A stretch of 34,027 nucleotides of DNA from a virus (Duplodnaviria; Caudoviricetes), in the IMG/VR virus record IMGVR_UViG_3300027265_000051, positions 1-34,027 of that record; one strand, written 5' to 3'. A program made the position numbers and the translations under genes. The notes under the pieces were generated by a model. The model searched no databases, was not told the origin of the DNA, and saw nothing but the letters and a program-made list of their open reading frames with translations. Of the stretch, positions 27,150-34,027 are shown in pieces (positions within the stretch are counted from its first letter, which is position 1; the number at the start of each line of letters is the position of its first letter).

Positions 27150-27620
27150 TTATTGCTTAGGAATTCTGAACTCAGCAAAAGACTTTGTTATAATATGCTT
27201 CTCTTCAACTGCTGTTTTTGCTGGTGCTTGCTTTGAAGATACTTTTACAAAGTCCGTTTCAATATTGTTTTCTACAGCAACTCCATCTGTGTAAAAGTTA
27301 AGCAAGATTCCTGTAAATATTGTATCTGGGTAAAGTTGCCTGTAGTATTGGAGTAGGTTTAACAGCTTGTTATATTTGTCTTCTGACATTACGGAGGTGT
27401 TGTACCTTGTGCTGGTACAATTCCTGTCCTTAACCTCTACAATCACTTTAATGTTATCCTGACTGATATTGATGTATTGGGTTGTTGCAGAGAAAATACT
27501 CATATCCCAGCTTAAATATGAACCTACAGGGGCAATTTTATTGATATGTGTGTTGGTCTTCTGTACAAAGTACATTATTGCCTTGTTCCTTTCCTCTATT
27601 TCGGCCTGTTCAAATGTCAT
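27150..27620 (-). CDS. PD-(D/E)XK-type nuclease
   Basis: WD...VIVEVKDR...Y......DKY..L...LNF..DG pattern. Confidence 0.65.
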   Translation of the reverse strand: MTFEQAEIEERNKAIMYFVQKTNTHINKIAPVGSYLSWDMSIFSATTQYINISQDNIKVIVEVKDRNCTSTRYNTSVMSEDKYNKLLNLLQYYRQLYPDTIFTGILLNFYTDGVAVENNIETDFVKVSSKQAPAKTAVEEKHIITKSFAEFRIPKQ

Positions 27621-27703
27621 TTTGTTTTCTTTTTTTTAATAAATAGGGAAAAAAAAATAAAATCAAAAAAAACCATTAAATTTGAGTAACAAAAAATTGA
27701 CAA

Positions 27704-28579
27704 ATGATAACTTTCTTAAAAGACTTTGCTCTTGGAAGCATAACATACAAATCAAAAATTTTAGTTTTTATTTTCCTTACTGCCTTATCAATATTGATAA
27801 CAAACAAAATATTGGAATCATTAGAACTGACTGCTCAGATTCCAGATAAAATAAGCAATATGGATATTTATAATTTTATTTTCAGCAGAGAATTTGTTAT
27901 ATGCCTATTTATATTTTCCTGTATTTTTCTTGCAATAGTAATTTACAACAGAGAAATTTTAACACCCATTACAAAAAAATCAGCTCTTCCTCTAAATTTT
28001 ATTTTCTGGCTTATAATAAAAATAATTGGTCTGATTTTGCTTTCTCCTTTTTTGTTATTCAGAAAGAGAAAACTTAAAGGAGGTTGGATAAGACCCAAAG
28101 TCACATTAAAAGATTTGTGGAAAAATCCAACTGTGAAATTTATTGACTTACTTGTGATATATCATATAGTAGTAATTGAAGGGGATAGTATAAGTAAGGG
28201 GAAAAATTATGAAGAGAATAAGGAATTACTACAGGAAATCGTATCTGAACCAGAAGAGATAAATGAAAATGTTTGCAGGAACTGCACAATTTTTATTTCA
28301 GTTCTGATAACCTATATTATTTATGACCTAAATAGTTTTTTAAATAGCTGGATATTGCTTTGTCTCTGGTTTATGGTAGGGTTTTCATATACTGCAACCT
28401 CAGTTGTTAATTACGTATTGCATAAGAAACAAGAAGTGCTTCTAAATATTCTAAGGTCATCCAAAGAATATAAGCCTACACCAGAACCAGAAGGATTAAT
28501 TTTAAAAAAGAAATGCAAGAAAAGTAAAATTAAAATTGACCCTGATTCAAAACAAGCCCCTACTGATGAACAGAAGTAA
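27704..28579 (+). CDS. multi-pass membrane protein; accessory gene
   Basis: About 5 hydrophobic segments; own TAAATTTG element at 27677-27684; opposite strand to its neighbours. Confidence 0.75.
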   Translation: MITFLKDFALGSITYKSKILVFIFLTALSILITNKILESLELTAQIPDKISNMDIYNFIFSREFVICLFIFSCIFLAIVIYNREILTPITKKSALPLNFIFWLIIKIIGLILLSPFLLFRKRKLKGGWIRPKVTLKDLWKNPTVKFIDLLVIYHIVVIEGDSISKGKNYEENKELLQEIVSEPEEINENVCRNCTIFISVLITYIIYDLNSFLNSWILLCLWFMVGFSYTATSVVNYVLHKKQEVLLNILRSSKEYKPTPEPEGLILKKKCKKSKIKIDPDSKQAPTDEQK

Positions 28580-28741
28580 TGACATTTATTGAGGGGTCTC
28601 AGATAAAGTTATGTATTCACTTCTTTATTAAATAATAAAAAAAAAGAAAATACCCCTATATATAGATAAGTATAATATATATCTGTTATCCCAATTTATA
28701 TAAGTTATCCCTTATATATCTGTTTACTTAAACAAAACTAA

Positions 28742-29100
28742 GTCTTCCTGAAGGTGCACAGCTCCCCCTACCCAAACAACCCTATATTTTTTGTGTTGTT
28801 CGGTGTGGAGCTGTGCCTGTTTTGTCTTCCATCGGCCTCACTTGTTTTTATATTACACTACTGTATATTTTCCTTTTTATAAGAAGTCTAAAGACTTCTT
28901 GGGCACTACAGCATTAATAAAGTGAGGCAAGCACAAGTAATGTTATTTAACAACTATTTACTTTGTAAGATAATTCGGCCAGTTAAATTGACCCTCCCCC
29001 AGCTTATCTAATTCTCCCCGCTGTGACTGGTGGGGTATCCCTTTCTCAGTCATATTCCAAATGAACAGGTGTGATTTTTACCGCCGTCTTTCATTTGTGT
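28742..29100 (-). ncRNA. candidate structured non-coding RNA
   Basis: No long ORF, GC-richer than its flanks, at least 6 stems, CTATTTAT motif just upstream and a terminator insulating it from the previous operon. Confidence 0.55.
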
Positions 29101-29219
29101 TTTTCTATAAATAGTAAAAAAAAATATTTGTTTGAACTTTTCTGAAAATATTTTTTTACTGCTTTTACTAAATATAAACATTTCAAAAAGAAAAATCAAA
29201 TATTTTTTCTGAATGACAT

Positions 29220-29244
29220 AAAAAAAGCACCTTGTTCAGGTGCT
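29220..29244 (-). terminator. Intrinsic terminator (- strand)
   Basis: AGCACCT/AGGTGCT stem with T run on the - strand. Confidence 0.75.
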
Positions 29245-29272
29245 ACACAATTATTTAAATAAGAGAAAGAAT

Positions 29273-29473
29273 CTACCAACCCTCCAAATGTATATTAAGT
29301 TTCTTCGCAAATTCAGCTATTAATGCGTTTGTATCTTGAAAGGGAAGTATAGAAATTACACATCCACATTTACTGCATTGAACAGCATATTTTCTATAGT
29401 TTGCCTTTGCAATTTTAATTTCAACTGCTTCAAAAAAAAGATTTTCGCATTTAGGACATTTTGATTGTGCCAT
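29273..29473 (-). CDS. zinc-ribbon protein (66 aa)
   Basis: CPKC...CSKCG. Confidence 0.8.
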   Translation of the reverse strand: MAQSKCPKCENLFFEAVEIKIAKANYRKYAVQCSKCGCVISILPFQDTNALIAEFAKKLNIHLEGW

Positions 29474-29528
29474 TTTATAGAGTTTTAAAGTTTATAATAA
29501 ATAATAACATTTGAGAATTCATATACTA

Positions 29529-29732
29529 TTAAAAAAAGTTTCCTTCGCTTTTTCTTGTTACAAATAAATCATCATTATCAATCCAAATTTCATTCGTTTT
29601 CCCATCTTCTACATATTGACACAGGGCTTTATTTAAGGTTTCATCAACCTCTCCAATAAACATTTCTAACCCCTTATTCAAAGTAGGTTTGGACTTGCTT
29701 TTTACATAGTCACCAAATTCTATATTATTCAA
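29529..29732 (-). CDS. small SH3-like protein (YodC/DUF2158-like pattern)
   Basis: GDYVKSKS....EMFI.......ALCQY; TTG start. Confidence 0.6.
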   Translation of the reverse strand: MNNIEFGDYVKSKSKPTLNKGLEMFIGEVDETLNKALCQYVEDGKTNEIWIDNDDLFVTRKSEGNFF

Positions 29733-29736
29733 AATC

Positions 29737-29961
29737 TTATTTATTTTTATAAACAGCTTCCGTTAATTCGTTTATTTCCCTATGTAATGTCTTCATTTGT
29801 TCTTGCATAAATGTTCCAAGACCATTAAATGTATTTTTTATATGCTCAGTAAATCTTGTATTTACATAAAGAAGATATTCTGCAACATTCACTTTAGGGT
29901 CTAATCCTGTATCAGTTTTAAAATCTTCAAAGTAAATTTCGTAATCTGTGTCAGCTTTCAT
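29737..29961 (-). CDS. hypothetical protein, paralog of 29998-30273
   Basis: Y....DF...TGL....N...YL.YV..R followed by a coiled coil. Confidence 0.7.
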   Translation of the reverse strand: MKADTDYEIYFEDFKTDTGLDPKVNVAEYLLYVNTRFTEHIKNTFNGLGTFMQEQMKTLHREINELTEAVYKNK

Positions 29962-29997
29962 AATGTTTTTTAGGGTTTATGTTTATATTACAATCAT

Positions 29998-30273
29998 TCA
30001 TATTTTCTTTCTTAATTCAATGATTTCCTTTTTTAATAAATCTACTGTGCCAACCATTGTATTTTTAGAAGCATCCATTTGAATAGAAATAGCTCCTAAT
30101 TTAGTAAATATTCCTTCAATTCTATCTGCCATAATAATTGAGTTTTGCATTGTAATATCTGAACATCTTGCTGTAACATATTGGAGGTATCGTTCTATAT
30201 TACCAGCTACAGTTAATCCTGTTTGTGTAGTGAAATCCTTCTTAAAGGTATCATAATTATTTTTTAGTGCCAT
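29998..30273 (-). CDS. hypothetical protein, paralog of 29737-29961
   Basis: Same motif; TATATTTG element on the - strand at 30301-30308. Confidence 0.7.
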   Translation of the reverse strand: MALKNNYDTFKKDFTTQTGLTVAGNIERYLQYVTARCSDITMQNSIIMADRIEGIFTKLGAISIQMDASKNTMVGTVDLLKKEIIELRKKI

Positions 30274-30457
30274 AGTTATATTTTTTAAGGTTTATATACA
30301 CAAATATATTATTTAATACAGCAAAGTACTGAAAAATTTAGAAATTTTTCTCTTGAACTTATCAATTACCCAGAATATACACAAATACCTTTGCAGTTGT
30401 ATTAATTCAACACAGGGCTTTATTTAAAGCGTACAGGCAAAAAAAAGAGTATTATAT

Positions 30458-30961
30458 TTGGGGGTGCAAAAACTAAAGGATATAAATAAGGGTAACTGGG
30501 GAGGTAGAAGGGAGACCACCGCCTTTTTTACTGAATTGCAAGAAAAAAAGATTTTGCATTGTGTCAGAGGAACAGGGGGGAAAGTTGATAGAGATTACTG
30601 GAATTATATAACTACAAAGCATTTGCAAGAATACATTTTAAAATACCACTTCAAGAAGGTAAGTGAAGATTATGTTTTAAAGCTCTTTAAAAAATACAAC
30701 TGGATTAAGGTTAAAAAAAACAATAAAATATACTGGAAGAGACCCCCAGCACCTGAACCAAAAGTAAAAAGGGCAAAGTACAGAACAGAAGAAAAGCTAC
30801 TGGATTTAATATACAAATTGAAAGACCTTATGTATATGGAATATGATAAAGTAGTTACAGACGAACAGGCCAAGAAATTTTTCCAAAACCCCAACTGGAA
30901 AAAAAATATTTCAGAAGTTAATTATTACGTTTACTTTGAAGATTTAGAAGAAGACGAATAA
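30458..30961 (+). CDS. basic hypothetical protein, possibly DNA-binding
   Basis: 167 aa, Lys-rich; start uncertain (TTG 30458 or GTG 30464); TACCTTTG element at 30386-30393. Confidence 0.6.
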   Translation: MGVQKLKDINKGNWGGRRETTAFFTELQEKKILHCVRGTGGKVDRDYWNYITTKHLQEYILKYHFKKVSEDYVLKLFKKYNWIKVKKNNKIYWKRPPAPEPKVKRAKYRTEEKLLDLIYKLKDLMYMEYDKVVTDEQAKKFFQNPNWKKNISEVNYYVYFEDLEEDE

Positions 30962-31377
30962 TTTTAAATCTTGCTATCGGGATAAGTCAACCCTACATCT
31001 ATTTATTTACAACTGTTTGGACACTGTTCAATAGTTTTCCCTCTTTTTTTATTTGTTTGCTTTATATCATCGCCTGATGAAATAAAAGTATTTACTATAA
31101 TTTTTTAAGTTATCGTTACAAAAACAAATTAAAAAGAAAATAAAATGCAAACACCTTATAAATACAAAACCTCTAAAACCCCCGTAAACTCCCACTTTTT
31201 TTAACACTTTTTCCTTATATAATTGTTACACATCGTTCTTATAAAAGTTTGGTTACATAAAGTGGCAGAGTAAAATAAATAATTCTGTTTGGTTACGGTC
31301 TCTGCCACTTTTTTTTTAAGATTTTGCTTATATAATCATACAACTCACAATAATTAATAACTAAAAAACAAAAACCT

Positions 31378-32142
31378 ATGAAAAAGTTAAATGAAAAAAC
31401 ATTAGCAGAAATTAAAGCTGTAATTGCAAAGCACACTACAGCAAGAGAACGCAAAGCAGAACTTACAAGGGCTGGTTATTATATCAGCAGAGAAAAGGTA
31501 GTTAATTGTTCTATGATTAATATGGAGCTACCTATTATCTATTCATTCAAGAACATTAATCTTGTTCAAATTAGCAAGCCAGTTATGTTTAATAATAGTT
31601 ACTGGGCTTGGTGTGCAGTTTTCACACATCTCGTTAAAATTACAGAAGTAGAACACAAAGAAGAAAAAGCTAATAAAAAGCAATTAGCAGCAGGTAATAT
31701 ATTTAACAAAGATAAAGTTAAGCTTTTCATCGCAAATGATGATAGTGTTGATTATTTAACAATGGATGGTGTTTCAGAAGAAGAAAGAGAATTTTATAAA
31801 ATAGGCTCAATAACAATGAAAGCATTAAAAAGCCATTTAGAAGAGCTGCTAAAAGAAACACGTTTTTCAGTTATAACAAAGGGTTCTGGATTTTTTGAAA
31901 TTGTTATGAAAGGCAAAAGAAGCTTTGACTTCAATTGTTACAAAGAATTCATTGAGCTATTCAAAAAACACAAAAGCGTTGGCAAACCCACACAATTAAC
32001 AGATTTACTTCTTGAATGGGAGAAGACGTATTACATAGATTCATATTCAAGTGTGTATGACATCAACTCTTATGCTACTGATAAAGGCTTTTATACAATT
32101 TTCTTTGATATGGAAAAAGGAAGGTTTGGAGCAAAAAAATAA
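31378..32142 (+). CDS. hypothetical protein (254 aa)
   Basis: Long ORF with A-rich leader; no family recognised. Confidence 0.75.
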   Translation: MKKLNEKTLAEIKAVIAKHTTARERKAELTRAGYYISREKVVNCSMINMELPIIYSFKNINLVQISKPVMFNNSYWAWCAVFTHLVKITEVEHKEEKANKKQLAAGNIFNKDKVKLFIANDDSVDYLTMDGVSEEEREFYKIGSITMKALKSHLEELLKETRFSVITKGSGFFEIVMKGKRSFDFNCYKEFIELFKKHKSVGKPTQLTDLLLEWEKTYYIDSYSSVYDINSYATDKGFYTIFFDMEKGRFGAKK

Positions 32143-32354
32143 TTTTCACCTGCTAACTCTCCTAAATTTCGTTTTTTTAGGAGAGTTAGCCCAAAAACAG
32201 GGAGAAGTAGAAAAAAATAAATTGAAAAAAGCTTTGAAATGTCAGTGATATGAAGTATTTATTGCAGTAAAATTACAAGCAAATAAAGCAGAATACATTT
32301 AAATAACCCTCCCAGTGGACAAGCTGGGGGGACTTTTAAAACAACATTAAATTA

Positions 32355-32723
32355 ATGCCAGACCTAAACAACATACAAGAGCTTATTAACACTGTTCAGC
32401 AGAATCAACAAGATATTGCTGCTCTAAAAGCTCTTGTTGCAAAGCTGCAAGAAATGGTTGTAGACCCAGAAAAGAAAGCAGAGTTGAATGTTGATGAAGA
32501 TTGTGAGGGCTTTTATACAATAGATGAAATTGTAATGAAATACGAAAAATCTGTTACAACTATTGGTAAATGGAAAAAACTTGTACACCTCAAACCTGCT
32601 GGAAAGAAAGGAAAGAAGACAAAGTACAACAAAAAGAAAGTTGAAACTTGGTACAAAAAAATAGAGTTGCTAAAAATTAGCAACCCTGAGTTATTTGAAG
32701 TAAAAATTAAAAAGGCCAGTTAA
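32355..32723 (+). CDS. excisionase-like HTH protein
   Basis: N-terminal coiled coil, then FYTIDEI...KSVTTIGKW...KY.KKKVETW; convergent with the integrase. Confidence 0.65.
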   Translation: MPDLNNIQELINTVQQNQQDIAALKALVAKLQEMVVDPEKKAELNVDEDCEGFYTIDEIVMKYEKSVTTIGKWKKLVHLKPAGKKGKKTKYNKKKVETWYKKIELLKISNPELFEVKIKKAS

Positions 32724-34027
32724 ATTAAATTGTCACTGGCAAAGAATTTGTCAACTTTATAATCTTCTTTGGCGAAAGTGTCTCTATAAATAATTAAAGT
32801 GTCTACTTTCTTATGTCCTGTCATACCCATTATATCAACTATATTAAAGCCTGTTCTAAAGCAATTTGCAACAAATGTACGTCTGCCAGTGTGAGACCCT
32901 ATTTCTTTGTATTTAGCAACTGTAGTAGTAATCTCTTTGTTGTTGACTCGTGTTTTTACTTTAATATTTTGCTGACAAATCTTTTTATCTACCAGTAATT
33001 TTTTAATCATTCTGTTGTACACCTGATTTTTAAAACGGGTAAAGTTGTAATCATATTTTTTTATTAGTTCTAAAGTACTTGGTTTTATCGGCACTGTAAA
33101 CATACCCGTTGTCTTTTGAGCTTCTTTTGTTATCCACTTTTCATTTTCATCTATCATTGATTTTTCCAGACTATAAAGGTCTGAATACCTCATTCCAGTG
33201 GCAATTAACACAATCATATAATCACGTAGAGCAATCTCAGTTTCATTTGTCAGCTCTAATGCTTGCAGTTGTTGAATTTCTTCTTTCTCAAGTATTACAA
33301 TTGTTGTTTTGTATTTCAAGTCTGCAACTTTATACTTTTCAACTTCTGGGTCAATTGATATATGTTTTTTTACATCCAGCCAGTTAAGAAATACTTTTAA
33401 ATAGCTTATTCTTTTTGATACTGTGTTGCCGTTTAACTTACCTTCAACCGTAACTTTTCTCTCTTTCCCTTTATCAGTTGTAATTGTGATTTGAATATTA
33501 ATCGCACCGCTTAAAAACTTTTCAAATGCTTCAATGAAATCCCCTGAGTTCATTGTATTCAATGTCAAGTCACCGTATTTTTTTTGGTATGCAAGCAGTG
33601 CATTCTTATTGCTTACATAGTCCTTACAACTATCTTTAACTCTTACTTTTTTGTCACCGTCTATTTTAAACTTGTAGAACTGGTCATAATAAGGCTCAAA
33701 GTTGTCTGTTTTTTTTAATTGTATTTCTTGCTCTGCTTCTGTTTTGGCTCCGTTGGTGCTTAGTTGCAGTTTTACATAATCAACTGGAGGCTTTACATCA
33801 TTCAGCTTTATATAGTCATTAATAATTTTGTTGACCTGTTGCAGCTTGGTTGCAATCAAACTGTTTTTGTTAACAAAGTCTTCAACCTTTGCTGTTAGTT
33901 TTCCATTGCTAAAATATTTCACTTCATCAATAACTCCAGTAACTCCAGTACTTACCCTTATTGATTTGTTGCTGTTCTTGTAATATATTTTTACAGAACC
34001 TTCTTTGATAACTGCTTTAGCAAACAT
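32720..34027 (-). CDS. int: tyrosine integrase
   Basis: TGMRYSDL (R), AQKT (K), SHTGRRTF (HxxR), MTGH...IIY (H, Y); N-terminal arm-binding-like region. Confidence 0.95.
   Translation of the reverse strand: MFAKAVIKEGSVKIYYKNSNKSIRVSTGVTGVIDEVKYFSNGKLTAKVEDFVNKNSLIATKLQQVNKIINDYIKLNDVKPPVDYVKLQLSTNGAKTEAEQEIQLKKTDNFEPYYDQFYKFKIDGDKKVRVKDSCKDYVSNKNALLAYQKKYGDLTLNTMNSGDFIEAFEKFLSGAINIQITITTDKGKERKVTVEGKLNGNTVSKRISYLKVFLNWLDVKKHISIDPEVEKYKVADLKYKTTIVILEKEEIQQLQALELTNETEIALRDYMIVLIATGMRYSDLYSLEKSMIDENEKWITKEAQKTTGMFTVPIKPSTLELIKKYDYNFTRFKNQVYNRMIKKLLVDKKICQQNIKVKTRVNNKEITTTVAKYKEIGSHTGRRTFVANCFRTGFNIVDIMGMTGHKKVDTLIIYRDTFAKEDYKVDKFFASDNLI

Larger units (their letters stand above)
623..34027. mobile_element. 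Prophage (siphovirus-like) integrated at tRNA-Pro; right boundary outside the window
   Basis: Terminase, portal, capsid, tail and lysis genes plus a terminal tyrosine integrase, starting next to a tRNA 3' end; the attR duplicate is not visible. Confidence 0.92.

Noticed and set aside
17486-28599. 13 nt match TATTGAGGGGTCT at 17486 and 28587
   Set aside because: Short and compatible with chance; GAGGGG words are common in this genome
29050-29094. 14-codon - strand ORF after the CTATTTAT motif as the real product
   Set aside because: Very short and its ATG lies inside the first predicted stem; a leader peptide cannot be fully excluded
1850-33387. Shadow ORFs in the track (e.g. 1850, 2940, 3126, 4723, 6067, 10123, 10762, 12315, 13809, 21770, 23219, 26313, 30670, 33109)
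   Set aside because: They overlap better-supported genes in antisense or alternative frames and show no recognisable motifs

Overview
Almost the whole window is a ~33.4 kb siphovirus-type prophage inserted at the 3' end of tRNA-Pro(TGG) (547-622). The host is probably Bacteroidota, inferred from TAnnTTTG promoters and A-rich leaders. Layout: + strand accessory genes at the left end (HsdR-N nuclease, small membrane peptides); a long - strand block with lysis, portal, capsid, tail and terminase genes in a non-lambdoid order; three sigma-factor-like genes; small divergent operons; and an excisionase-like gene plus tyrosine integrase at the right edge (attR lies outside the window). No CI-type repressor and no replication protein is recognisable. 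The most striking signals read from the DNA are: (1) three phage sigma factors with two promoter-like motif classes, AACA-N14-ATAT(C/A)TA at exactly fixed spacing before 8 late genes and CTATTTAT before 4 middle units including the sigma pair itself, suggesting a self-amplifying sigma cascade in place of a repressor switch; (2) a ~350 nt densely base-paired non-coding unit behind one middle motif; (3) a dif-like site with a perfect XerD arm between terS and terL; (4) an in-frame TAA splitting the prohead protease; (5) a type I toxin-like mini-gene. All calls come from manual reading; no searches were run.
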